From IMG/VR virus record IMGVR_UViG_3300019776_000165, positions 1 to 64,000 of that record: 64,000 bases of DNA. The stretch is one strand, 5' to 3'. The notes below the pieces were generated by a model that made no database searches, was not told the origin of the DNA, and saw nothing but the letters and a program-made list of their open reading frames with translations. The position numbers and the translations under genes are program-made. The DNA comes from a virus. Positions 40,362-50,439 of this stretch are shown here, piece by piece. Each line of letters opens with the position of its first letter. The stretch's first letter is position 1.

Positions 40362-40398
40362 TAAACCGTGCTGCCGATACACTGGTAGCACGGTTTAT
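40362..40398 (+). terminator. Terminator-like hairpin
   Basis: TAAACCGTGCTGCC...GGTAGCACGGTTTA. Confidence 0.65.
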
Positions 40399-40414
40399 TT
40401 ATTTAAGGAGCAAA

Positions 40415-41251
40415 ATGGTAGACCCAATCATCCCTTCTGGAGGGAAGTACCCCTCGAAGGCTGAACTTCAACGTAAAAGTGACTTGGGCTTTATTTTTGA
40501 GGATGTCTACGGACTCTCCTACGACCGCCGTACTCGCACTGGTAAAACAGCGGGCGAAGTGTTTAACAGCGACGAAGCAGTCGCTACTGTGTGGGGCGAC
40601 ACTGAGTACCAAGGTGCAGGAGTATTTTACGCACCTGATAAGTATGGGTACGACACTAGAACTGATGAAAACATCGGAGATAGGTCCACAGCGTTTGGTC
40701 CGCAATCTCTCGTAGATGTTCCGACATCTTCCACTAACTACTCTAGACCGAGAACGGTTGCTGCTGCTTGGAGTCCTAGTGAGAACGACCCTATGCTCGG
40801 CACCATGACCGTGGTGTTCCGTGATGGCACATTTTACAACTACTACAAGGTAACTCGTTCTGAGTGGATTGCGTTCCAGTCTTCGTACTCAAAGGGTCGA
40901 CCATGGCTAAACCGACGCTCAACCAGCGGTAAGCCTGGAGCCCAGGCTGTAGATGGCTTGTTTATTGATAAAGAACGAGGGCCAGCAGACCCTGAGAGTG
41001 TCCCAGCCGCTATCCGTGAGCAGTTGTACCGTGTGGCTCGTACCCAGCAGATTGTGTCTAATAGGTACATGCGCCCAGGTAAAAAGACTCACGACATGAC
41101 TAGCGTATTTACAGGCGGCAAGTTGGGTGAAACTAAACGAGTTAAAGAGCCCCTTCAGCGGGCAGAGTACCGCAAACCTACCAGTACTCCTGGTAAAAAC
41201 CCTCACAGACTTAATGGTACGAATCCTTATCACAAACGAAAAGCAAGTTAG
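40415..41251 (+). CDS. KTSC-domain protein
   Basis: MTVVFRDGTFYNYYKV...W..F.SSYSKGR.W.N. Confidence 0.7.
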   Translation: MVDPIIPSGGKYPSKAELQRKSDLGFIFEDVYGLSYDRRTRTGKTAGEVFNSDEAVATVWGDTEYQGAGVFYAPDKYGYDTRTDENIGDRSTAFGPQSLVDVPTSSTNYSRPRTVAAAWSPSENDPMLGTMTVVFRDGTFYNYYKVTRSEWIAFQSSYSKGRPWLNRRSTSGKPGAQAVDGLFIDKERGPADPESVPAAIREQLYRVARTQQIVSNRYMRPGKKTHDMTSVFTGGKLGETKRVKEPLQRAEYRKPTSTPGKNPHRLNGTNPYHKRKAS

Positions 41252-41734
41252 GCAATGGCTAAGGTACACGACTACGGAAAACACAATCGGTTCTTTCAGT
41301 ATTACAAGTTCTACCCAGCAAACTGGGGTTGGAAAATAGTAGTCAGGGGTTGGACTCAAGAGATTGAAGAGCCCTTTAGAACTGCTGAGCCACTTATAGT
41401 GAGACTTCCTTTTAAGAAGGCGTTAGTATTTGGGCAGTGGACTGGACAACTAGACGAGGAACGAGCGCTCAGTAGAGCGGTTCAAGAACGGGTATTAAAA
41501 GATGAAGATTTTGACAAGGAAAAAGGGTGGACTCCAGCAGAGCAAGTTGGAGAAGAGGATTACGAATATCTCTACACCTGATTTGATTACGTGGGCTGAA
41601 AACGCCCTGTATGTCATTGGTAAAGAAGTAACCCATTCTGTTCGAAGCAGGGACAAGGCTCTCCTTGAAGAGGCCCTAATGGGCGCTGAGGCACTTACTG
41701 CCATTATCAAAGAACTTATGAAGAGGTCTGAGGT

Positions 41735-43321
41735 ATGACAGACGATTTTGAAGACAAATTTGAAGAGATTACTCCTGAGTCTTATCAGGAAGACACCGAA
41801 GCCGACAGTGTCGATTTCGAAGAAGATGTTGTAGATGAACTAACCCAAGGGTTTGTTGACCGTCTTGTAGACAAAATCATGAAGTTCATGGTGGTGCTGG
41901 TTGGCCACGACTTGCACGTTTACCAGAAGCCTTTGGCTCGACGAATGATTGAGTCTGTCATCCTTGGAGACGGTGAAACTCTTACTGCTTTGGCTGCACG
42001 TCAGTCAGGTAAGTCTGAGACAGTAGCCGACACAGTAGCCACGCTAATGGTCCTACTGCCTCGTCTAGCCACCATGTACCCTGACTTGCTGGGAAAGTTT
42101 AAGAATGGTTTGTGGGTGGGCTTGTTCGCCCCTACTGAGGGTCAGGCTGAAACTTTGTTTGGGCGTACGGTTACTCGCCTAACTTCTGAGCGGGCCCGTG
42201 AAGTTCTGGGCGACCCTGAGATTGACGACCAGGCTGCTCGTATCGGTGGTGTAACTCGTATGATTCGCTTGAAAAACTCAGGCTCCACCATCACAATGAT
42301 GACCGCTAACCCACGAGCCAAGATTGAATCTAAATCATTCCATCTTGTGGTTATTGACGAGTGTCAAGAAGCGGATGACTTCACCGTTAACAAGTCAATC
42401 TCCCCGATGATGGCGTACTATGCGGGAACTATGGTTAAGACTGGAACTCCTACAACCTCCAAGAACAACTTCTACAACTCTATCCAGTTGAATAAGCGTA
42501 GGCAGACTGGCTCTAAGTCCCGTCAAAACCATTTCCAGTGGGACTGGCGAGATGTCGCCAAGGTAAACATGGACTACAGCAAGTTCATTAAAAAAGAAAT
42601 GATGCGTATTGGTGAGGACTCTGACGAGTTCCAGATGTCGTACAACTGTAAGTGGCTTCTTGAGCGAGGCATGTTTGTTTCCTCAAACCTTATGGATGAA
42701 CTCGGAGACACTTCTCAAGAACTTGTGAAGATGTGGCACCAGACACCTGTGGTTGTGGGCATTGACCCTGCCCGTAAGATGGACTCCACAGTTGTAACCG
42801 TTGTGTGGGTGGACTGGGATAGGCCAGACGAGTTTGGATACTTTGAGCACAGAGTACTTAACTGGCTTGAACTACAAGGTGACGACTGGGAAGAACAGTA
42901 CTACCAGATTGTGAACTTCCTTGCTAACTACGATGTCCTTGCTGTTGGAGTTGATGCTAACGGTGTAGGAGATGCGGTTGCTCAGCGTCTTAAGATTCTC
43001 TTGCCACGCTCCGAGGTAGTTCCGCTAACCTCCAGTCAGACAGAGCAGTCAGGTCGTTTCCAGCACCTTCAGGGCTTGATTCAGCGACGAATGTTGGGCT
43101 ACCCAGCACACGCTAAGACTCGTCGTCTACGTATCTGGAAGCGTTTCTACCAGCAAATGACTGACGTCGAGATTAAGTACAAGGGTAAGAACTTCATTGT
43201 TGCTGCCCCAGACGAGGCTTACGCTCACGATGACTTTGTGGACTCTTTGGCTATTGCTTGCTCCATGACTAAAGACTTGGTAATGCCAACTGTAGAAGTT
43301 TCTTCTAACTCGTTTTTTTAG
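41735..43321 (+). CDS. terL: Terminase large subunit
   Basis: ARQSGKS, VVIDE, TGTP, VGIDPAR, HDD.VDSLA. Confidence 0.93.
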   Translation: MTDDFEDKFEEITPESYQEDTEADSVDFEEDVVDELTQGFVDRLVDKIMKFMVVLVGHDLHVYQKPLARRMIESVILGDGETLTALAARQSGKSETVADTVATLMVLLPRLATMYPDLLGKFKNGLWVGLFAPTEGQAETLFGRTVTRLTSERAREVLGDPEIDDQAARIGGVTRMIRLKNSGSTITMMTANPRAKIESKSFHLVVIDECQEADDFTVNKSISPMMAYYAGTMVKTGTPTTSKNNFYNSIQLNKRRQTGSKSRQNHFQWDWRDVAKVNMDYSKFIKKEMMRIGEDSDEFQMSYNCKWLLERGMFVSSNLMDELGDTSQELVKMWHQTPVVVGIDPARKMDSTVVTVVWVDWDRPDEFGYFEHRVLNWLELQGDDWEEQYYQIVNFLANYDVLAVGVDANGVGDAVAQRLKILLPRSEVVPLTSSQTEQSGRFQHLQGLIQRRMLGYPAHAKTRRLRIWKRFYQQMTDVEIKYKGKNFIVAAPDEAYAHDDFVDSLAIACSMTKDLVMPTVEVSSNSFF

Positions 43322-43400
43322 CAACATAAATTTGCTTTAAACAGTCAAACTATTTAATGGAAATACTGCAGTTTTCCATTCCCACATTTAAGGAGTACCC

Positions 43401-43796
43401 ATGGGTATCGGACCTACCCCTCAGTTCCCTGAGCGTTCGCCTCAGGTTTACGAGCGCAAACTGGCTGGCAACGTTGAGCGTCGTGGCCCTCTTCGCTTCG
43501 AAGAAGGCGTCGCAACTGACACTGACGTTCCTACCGACTTTGAGACTGGTATCATGAACGGCTTTGCAGCCGCTCCTGGCCGTCCAAACCGTAACGCACC
43601 AGTATGGCAGAAGTCTGCTGCTGAGACCCTAAGTGAGCGTGCTCACGTAGGTTCGGCAGCCTGGATTGAGGCACCAACCTTCCTCGGTGAGTTTGCTCAC
43701 GGCTCGTTTACTCAGGCCGCTGAACAAATCGTAGAGGTCAAGGCTGTATCGGGTGCTCGCACCCAGCGCCTCAACCCAACCGTAGTCAACGACTAA
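43401..43796 (+). CDS. Hypothetical, probable virion protein
   Basis: AAGGAG RBS; between terminase and portal. Confidence 0.7.
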   Translation: MGIGPTPQFPERSPQVYERKLAGNVERRGPLRFEEGVATDTDVPTDFETGIMNGFAAAPGRPNRNAPVWQKSAAETLSERAHVGSAAWIEAPTFLGEFAHGSFTQAAEQIVEVKAVSGARTQRLNPTVVND

Positions 43797-44131
43797 TAAC
43801 GTTTAGCAACCTATCCCCATCCAGTTCTACTAGGGTGGGGATGGGTGCTAACGTGAGGAGTAGACATGGCACAGGTGCCACTAAACAAAAAACTTTATGA
43901 CATGGTCGTCTTTCAGGCCAAGCGTAAGTATAAGACTTACCCAAACCCAGGTGCTAGTCACTGGGTACACAAGCGTTATGTCGAACTAGGCGGACGCTTT
44001 GAGGATACTAGCGAAGACACAAAACGCAAGAAGGTTGCTCGCCAAGTCTTTCAGAACAAGTTGAAAGAAAAGATGGCGTCTAAAAACCACGACGCTCGTT
44101 TATCTAAGGACAAGAAGCACGGAGATAAGTA

Positions 44132-45859
44132 ATGTCTTTCATGGACTTCTCCCCTCCTTCTTATAGGGCGGCATCAAGCGACTTAACAATCAGTATTTCC
44201 CCTTTGGGCCTGGTTGAACTTGCTGATGAAGAGTTTGAGGTTCACGGTCCTCGTCTAAACCGTTACTCGCTCAACTGGGCTATGTACCTTGGTCACCACT
44301 GGGGTTACCGCCGTGAGCAGGGCGAAATGCAAATCTCGATGAACTATTACCGTTCATTCATTGACTACATTGCCCGTTTTACTTTTGGTAACGGAGTTCA
44401 CTTCCGTTCCCCTAAAGCCACTGAGGCTATCATTCCTGACCGCCTTGAGCGAGTTTGGGAAGTAGACAACGACAAGCAACGCATCCTTTTGGAGATGGCA
44501 CAACTTGGCGGCATCACTGGTGACTGCTTTGTTAAGGTTGCTTACGAAGAGGCTTGGGAAGACACCATCGGCCGTTTCCACCCAGGACGTGTCCGTATTC
44601 TTCCTTTGAACTCTGCCTTTGCTTTCCCTGAGTTCCACCCTCACGACCGTACTCGTTTGCTTCGTTTCAAGCAAAAGTACCGCTTCTGGGGTACATCCCT
44701 AGAAGGAACTCGTCAGGTGTTCACTTACACCGAGATTCTTACTGACGACATTATCGAAGAGTACATCAACGATGAACTAATCGACAGCCGTCCAAACCCA
44801 CTGGGTCAAATTCCAGTGGTACACATTCCTAACATCCCAGTATCGGGTTCTCCATGGGGACTGTCGGACGCTCACGACATCATCAGCATTAACCGTTCTT
44901 ACAACGAAATTGCTACTGACGTTGCTGACATCATTAACTACCACGCTGCCCCAGTAACAATTATTACTGGTGCTAAGGCTTCTAACCTTGAAAAGGGTGC
45001 TAAGAAGGTTTGGGGTGGTCTACCAAAGGACGCTCAGGTATTCAACCTTGAGGGCGGTGCTGCTGGTCTAAATGGAGCAATGCAGTACATGGAGATGCTG
45101 AAGCGTTCCATGCACGAAATCATGAACGTACCAGAGACTGCTCTTGGTCAGGTTCAGCCAATCTCTAACACCTCTGGTGTAGCCCTTTCAATTCAGTTCC
45201 AGCCTCTTATGAACCGTTGGAGCCAGAAGGTTTCCCAGTACGGTAAGGGTCTAGAGCGCATCAACGAGTTGGTCATCCTTAACCTTGCGGTTAAAGAGCC
45301 AGAGACTCTGATTTACAACCCAGACACTGATGGTCCAATCAAGGAAGGTCAACTTACCCAACTTGACCCTAATGACCCTCTTACCTACATTACGTTCACA
45401 CACTTCCCTCCACCACTTCCTCTAGACAAGTTGGTGCTTCTCAACGAGTTGCAGCAGAAGATGTCTATGGGACTTGAGTCCAAGGAAGGCGCTTTGCGTC
45501 AACTTGGCGAAGAGTTCCCAGAGGAGAAGTTGGAAGAGATTCGTTCAGAACTTATTAGCGACGCTGAAGCCGAAGGTGCTCTCAACCTAGTTAAGGTCCA
45601 AATCCAAAAGCAGATTATGGACATGACTGGAATGATGGCTGGCCCTGACGGCAGTGCCACTCCTATGGACCCAATGATGATGGGTGACGGAGACATCCTT
45701 GGTGATGGCATTTTGGGTGACCCACAGCAGACCGCTAATGACCCAAACCTAAACACTAACCCAGTCGAACTGCAGGGTGAAGCCGAGATTAGGAACAACC
45801 TAGTCACAAAGGCTTATGGAACTAAACTCTCCCAGCGCAGTGCGATTGACAGGGATTAA
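44132..45859 (+). CDS. Portal protein
   Basis: NYY...ID, IPVVHIPN...GLSD, SGVAL, F...LP; position after terL. Confidence 0.88.
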   Translation: MSFMDFSPPSYRAASSDLTISISPLGLVELADEEFEVHGPRLNRYSLNWAMYLGHHWGYRREQGEMQISMNYYRSFIDYIARFTFGNGVHFRSPKATEAIIPDRLERVWEVDNDKQRILLEMAQLGGITGDCFVKVAYEEAWEDTIGRFHPGRVRILPLNSAFAFPEFHPHDRTRLLRFKQKYRFWGTSLEGTRQVFTYTEILTDDIIEEYINDELIDSRPNPLGQIPVVHIPNIPVSGSPWGLSDAHDIISINRSYNEIATDVADIINYHAAPVTIITGAKASNLEKGAKKVWGGLPKDAQVFNLEGGAAGLNGAMQYMEMLKRSMHEIMNVPETALGQVQPISNTSGVALSIQFQPLMNRWSQKVSQYGKGLERINELVILNLAVKEPETLIYNPDTDGPIKEGQLTQLDPNDPLTYITFTHFPPPLPLDKLVLLNELQQKMSMGLESKEGALRQLGEEFPEEKLEEIRSELISDAEAEGALNLVKVQIQKQIMDMTGMMAGPDGSATPMDPMMMGDGDILGDGILGDPQQTANDPNLNTNPVELQGEAEIRNNLVTKAYGTKLSQRSAIDRD

Positions 45860-45991
45860 AAAATCTTTAGTTAGTAAAAGAGTTTAGGCACACAAGTACA
45901 CCGTTTTAAGGTGAACTTATGTTGTAACAAGGTAAAGGTCATGTGGCATTAACTCGGAAAACGACCAAGAGAACGAAAAGAGAAAACACTT

Positions 45992-46768
45992 ATGGGAAAA
46001 GATACCCCTGAAACTGCAGAAGATGCAGTAGTTACAGAAACCGCTCCAACTCCTTCTGAGGCTTTTGCTGACGAGGTTAACACTCAAGGTCAGTTTACTG
46101 CTGAGGACATTGCTAAGGCACGTGCTCAGGAGAAGGCCAAGGTGTACCCTCAGATTGAAAAGTTGCAAGAGGAACTTTCCGTCTTGAAGAAGGAACGTGA
46201 AGAGCAGGCCGCTCGTGAGGCAGAACTCAAGGAGCGTCGTGCAAAGCGTGAGGCTGAAAAGGCACTGGAGCAAAAGAAGCAAGAAGAAGCAGAACTTGAG
46301 GTTCGTGACCTACTTGCTAAAAAGGAACAAGAATGGGCTGCTCGACTTGAAAACGAGCGCCTTGAGCGGGAGAAGGCATTTGCCCTTCTTGAGCGTGAAC
46401 GTGAGTTCCAGGAGTTGACCTCTTTTAGACAGCAACGCCTAGAGCAAGAGCGTGAAAACATCATCCCTGAATTGATTGATTTGATTTCGGGAAACACCAA
46501 GGAAGAAATTGAGCAGAGCATCCTTGGGTTGAAAGAACGTTCTGCAAAAATCTTCGAGTCTGTTGCACAAGCAAGTCAGCAGACTCGCAAGGAGATGGTT
46601 GGTTCTCGTGTAACGATGCCAGCCTCTGGACCCCTCGACAACGATTCGGAACAAAGTTCGTACTCTCCTAATGACATCTCCAAGATGTCGCTGGCGGATT
46701 ATGCGAAGAACCGTGCCAAATTGCTTGGCACAGCAAGCAACAACAGAGGTCAGGGTCTCTTCGGATAA
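45992..46768 (+). CDS. Capsid scaffolding protein
   Basis: Charged coiled coil, FTAEDI..AR..EK, ISKMSLADYAK.R; precedes capsid gene. Confidence 0.8.
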   Translation: MGKDTPETAEDAVVTETAPTPSEAFADEVNTQGQFTAEDIAKARAQEKAKVYPQIEKLQEELSVLKKEREEQAAREAELKERRAKREAEKALEQKKQEEAELEVRDLLAKKEQEWAARLENERLEREKAFALLEREREFQELTSFRQQRLEQERENIIPELIDLISGNTKEEIEQSILGLKERSAKIFESVAQASQQTRKEMVGSRVTMPASGPLDNDSEQSSYSPNDISKMSLADYAKNRAKLLGTASNNRGQGLFG

Positions 46769-46804
46769 CCCCAACAATAAACAATCCTGAAAGGAAAAAC
46801 CTAA

Positions 46805-47917
46805 ATGGCATCTGCTATTACAGGTTCGGGCCAACTCGCTTCGGCCCCAACAGCGTACAGTGGCTCAAACAGCCAACTGTCGCAGGCAATTCAAACAATC
46901 TGGTCGAAGGAAATCCTATTCCAGGCCATGCCAATTCTACGCTTCGAGCAGTTCGCTGTTAAGAAGACTGAACTTGGTGTTGCACCTGGTCTCCGTGTTA
47001 ACTTCCTACGTTACAAGAACTTCGCAGTGGACCCAACTCCACTTACCGAAGGTGTACGTATGACCACCAACGCACTGACCGCAGAGCAGATTGCTATTAC
47101 CGTTGCTGAGCACGGCTACGCAGTTGCAGTTTCCGAACTGCTTCTGAACGCTTCGTTCGACGACATCATGGCTTCGGCTTCCCGCCTTCTAGGTCGCCAC
47201 ATGGCACAGTACCTAGACGTTCAGGCTCGTGACACCCTTTCGGCTGCTACTTCGGCTGTATTCGGTTACGACCGTTCGGGCATCACTGGCGGTGCTTTCA
47301 CCAACTACGACGAGGGTACTGCTGCAACTTCGCTGGCTGGCGTTACTGCTGACCACAAGTTGACCACTGGTGCTATCAAGGATGCCGCTCTTACCCTTGC
47401 TGGTAAGAACATCCCTCGTATCGGTGAGACCTACGTTCAGTTCATCCACCCTAAGCAGTCTCGTGACCTTCGCTCGAACCCAGAGTTCATCGAAGTTACC
47501 AAGTACGCTGCTCCAGGTAACTTCATGCTAGGTGAGATTGGTCGTCTATACGACGTCGTCTTCATCGAGACCACTCAGGTCAAGAAGTTGGCTCAGGGTA
47601 CCGTAGTTGACTACAGCGGTGCTATCGGCGCTCTCACTGACCAGACCAGCGTTCCTGTAAAGGCTAACACTGGCCCAGGTCTTGGTGGTAACCCAGAGAA
47701 CCCAGGCGCAACTGCTCCTACTGGTACTCTAACCGCTGATGTCTACGAGTCGATTATGATTGGTGACAACGCATTCGGTCACGCTATCTCGCTTCCAGTT
47801 GAACTCCGTGACGGTGGTGTTCTTGACTTCGGTCGTGAGCACGCTCTTGCATGGTACGCCATCTGGGGTCTTGGTATCATTACCGACCAGGCTATTACTA
47901 AGGTTTACACCGCTTAA
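46805..47917 (+). CDS. Major capsid protein (N4-gp56-like)
   Basis: PLTEGV, EHG, FIHP, GEIGRLYDVVF, DFGR...AWY; strongly biased codons. Confidence 0.92.
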   Translation: MASAITGSGQLASAPTAYSGSNSQLSQAIQTIWSKEILFQAMPILRFEQFAVKKTELGVAPGLRVNFLRYKNFAVDPTPLTEGVRMTTNALTAEQIAITVAEHGYAVAVSELLLNASFDDIMASASRLLGRHMAQYLDVQARDTLSAATSAVFGYDRSGITGGAFTNYDEGTAATSLAGVTADHKLTTGAIKDAALTLAGKNIPRIGETYVQFIHPKQSRDLRSNPEFIEVTKYAAPGNFMLGEIGRLYDVVFIETTQVKKLAQGTVVDYSGAIGALTDQTSVPVKANTGPGLGGNPENPGATAPTGTLTADVYESIMIGDNAFGHAISLPVELRDGGVLDFGREHALAWYAIWGLGIITDQAITKVYTA

Positions 47918-47936
47918 TAGCAAACAACTCGCTGAA

Positions 47937-47964
47937 GGTGGGGGCTCCGTAAGGGGCCCCCATC
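47937..47964 (+). terminator. Hairpin after the capsid gene
   Basis: GGTGGGGGCTCC-GTAA-GGGGCCCCCATC. Confidence 0.65.
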
Positions 47965-48001
47965 CAAGGCAAACAAATAAACAAACAGGAAGACAATTAT
48001 C

Positions 48002-48370
48002 GTGGCAAATAAACCAACTAGTCCTCAGGACGCAACAGGCCGTGCAGCAGAAGAGGCTGCCAAGCGCAACGCCGCTGAACTTGACAAGCGACGTGAAGAA
48101 ATCTCTATCAGCCGTCAGGCTGAGGCTATCAGCCTAGAGAACGACGTATTCGACCCTAAGAAGCCTGACGAGCCTCTACTTATTGACGAGGTTGAAGAGG
48201 TCGGAGTTTCCGTAAACAATGACAAGGTAGTTATTCGTACTATCTCTGACATTGAGGATATGACTTTCGGCGTGGGCAATAACTACACCTTTAAGGCTGG
48301 AGTTAAGTACTCAGTCCCACGTGAACTGGCTAACTATCTTGCTCAACTAGGGTACACCTGGAAGCAGTAA
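48002..48370 (+). CDS. Hypothetical head-associated protein
   Basis: GTG start with AGGA RBS after capsid gene. Confidence 0.7.
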   Translation: MANKPTSPQDATGRAAEEAAKRNAAELDKRREEISISRQAEAISLENDVFDPKKPDEPLLIDEVEEVGVSVNNDKVVIRTISDIEDMTFGVGNNYTFKAGVKYSVPRELANYLAQLGYTWKQ

Positions 48371-48497
48371 TAGCCCTTTAGACTGTCCCCCTTGCTGGTA
48401 CTCCCGCCCTCCTCCCAGCAGGGGGGACTTTTCACGTTTGGGCTGTATTTATCCCCTAAATCGGGGAACATAGAACCATAAAGATTTTGGAGGATTC

Positions 48498-49556
48498 GTG
48501 GCAACGATTTCAAGCCTCATTAGTAGGGTACGCCTAGAACTTGGCGACCTCGGTAAGACTTTCGTCGAACAGTTCGTTGCAGACGGGTCTACCAACCGTT
48601 TTAAACTCCAACACGCTCCTCTAGAGGGAACTAGCCTCATTGTGTACCTAAACGGAGTTGACGTCTCCGACACCTGCTCCGTAGAAGAATCTACAGGAAT
48701 TCTAGTTCTAACAGACGTACCTGCAGATGGTGACGAACTTACTATTAGCGGAACTTACTACCGCTACTTTACTAACGCTGAACTTACTACACTGGTTACG
48801 GATGCTGTAGGACAGCACTCGGCAGGTCACTTAGATGAAATTGGCCGCAAGATAACTCCAGAGAACCTCCCAGTCATTGAAGAGTATCCTGTTGCAATTT
48901 ACGCCGTAACTTTGGCTCTGTACACTCTTGCTACAGACTCCGCTTTTGACATTGACATTCAAGCCCCAGACGGTGTGAGCATCCCACGTTCGGAGCGTTA
49001 CCGCCAACTTATGGACATGGTAACTGCTCGTCAAACACAGTACCGTGACCTTTGTGTGCAACTCGGTCTTGGTATGTACAAGATTGATGTGTTTACGCTC
49101 CGTAGAATCTCCAAGGCTACTGGACGTTACGTCCCTGTTTACAAGCCACAAGAAGTAGATGACCGCTCTTACCCACAGCGAGTACACGACCAGTTGCCTT
49201 CGTATGGAAGCAAGGAATCTCCTTGGCCTACAGATGGTGGAGAACTTACCGCTTACCAAGGCCGTGCTTACGAGGGCACAGTCACTTTCACTGGTGACTT
49301 TACTGGCAAGTCGTTTGTGGCTTACCTGCTCAACCAGCGTGGCAGCGTACTAGTAGTTCAAAACTTTGAGTTGTCAGTAACTACTGAGGATGACCTAAAC
49401 TACATCGCTACTATCTCTTTGGTTGCAGACAAGACTATACGCTTGGCTGAACGCACCTACTGGTCCATTCAGTCTGTAGACGATGTTACTTCTGAGAAGA
49501 TTGAAATTAAGGGCGGCAACTTCTTTACCCAACGAGTTAGTACGGTGGTTCTATAA
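48498..49556 (+). CDS. Probable head-tail adaptor
   Basis: [17 protein letters not shown]; position. Confidence 0.6.
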   Translation: MATISSLISRVRLELGDLGKTFVEQFVADGSTNRFKLQHAPLEGTSLIVYLNGVDVSDTCSVEESTGILVLTDVPADGDELTISGTYYRYFTNAELTTLVTDAVGQHSAGHLDEIGRKITPENLPVIEEYPVAIYAVTLALYTLATDSAFDIDIQAPDGVSIPRSERYRQLMDMVTARQTQYRDLCVQLGLGMYKIDVFTLRRISKATGRYVPVYKPQEVDDRSYPQRVHDQLPSYGSKESPWPTDGGELTAYQGRAYEGTVTFTGDFTGKSFVAYLLNQRGSVLVVQNFELSVTTEDDLNYIATISLVADKTIRLAERTYWSIQSVDDVTSEKIEIKGGNFFTQRVSTVVL

Positions 49557-50107
49557 TGCCTTTGTATCCAGAAATTGACACAGAACTTCTTCCAGGAGTC
49601 CCAGGACAGAGAGGACCAACAGGTGCCCAAGGTATCCAAGGTGTACAAGGTAGTACAGGGCCAACTGGTCCGACTGGACCTCAGGGAAGTATTGGCTTGT
49701 CAGGGCCAACTGGACCTACTGGAGCAACTGGACCAACAGGCCCTACGGGACCTACAGGACCAGTCGGACCAGTAACTCCTGCTTCTCAAATAACTGGTTC
49801 GTATGGTGACTGGGGAACGTTTATTGCTGCTCACCCTACAGGTAACCCTGGAGACATTTACATTGTTGGCGGGATTATGTACTCGTGGACAGTAATAAGC
49901 CCAGACGTAACTGACTGGGTTCAAATTGGTCCTGCTCAACTTTGGACTACTTATTCGGGGGACCCTTCAAACACGTTTGTACTACAATCAGTAACTGATG
50001 CCCCCACAATAAGCACCCCAAATGTAGGGTGGCTATCTGTAACAAACGGGTCATTAATTTACAGTTTTGGCAGTTGGTCTACCGTTTTAGCAACACCGCC
50101 AGCGTAA
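49556..50107 (+). CDS. Collagen-like fibre protein
   Basis: About 20 consecutive Gly-X-Y triplets (GPT-rich). Confidence 0.85.
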   Translation: MPLYPEIDTELLPGVPGQRGPTGAQGIQGVQGSTGPTGPTGPQGSIGLSGPTGPTGATGPTGPTGPTGPVGPVTPASQITGSYGDWGTFIAAHPTGNPGDIYIVGGIMYSWTVISPDVTDWVQIGPAQLWTTYSGDPSNTFVLQSVTDAPTISTPNVGWLSVTNGSLIYSFGSWSTVLATPPA

Positions 50108-50123
50108 TACTAACAGGAGCATA

Positions 50124-50429
50124 ATGTCATTAAACTTTCCCTCTTCACCTACGGTGGGGCAGGTTTACTCTTACGGGGATAAATCATGGGTATGGAACGG
50201 TAAAGGCTGGGAAGCGTCAGCAAGTTCTAGCCCAGCGTTTGCTTACACCGCAACAATCTCCACGCCTTCAGATACATGGAACATTACACATAACCTTAAC
50301 TTCTACCCCAACATAATGATACAAGACAACTTTGACACTATTTTGGAGTGTGAAGTTACCTACAATAGTCTTAACGACGTTACCTTAACTTTCTCAGCGC
50401 CTTCTCAAGGTAAAGCGCACTTCTCCTAA
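50124..50429 (+). CDS. Small fibre-associated protein
   Basis: LNFPSSPTVGQVY..WVWNG..W; WNITHNL. Confidence 0.7.
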   Translation: MSLNFPSSPTVGQVYSYGDKSWVWNGKGWEASASSSPAFAYTATISTPSDTWNITHNLNFYPNIMIQDNFDTILECEVTYNSLNDVTLTFSAPSQGKAHFS

Positions 50430-50439
50430 GGAATTCTAA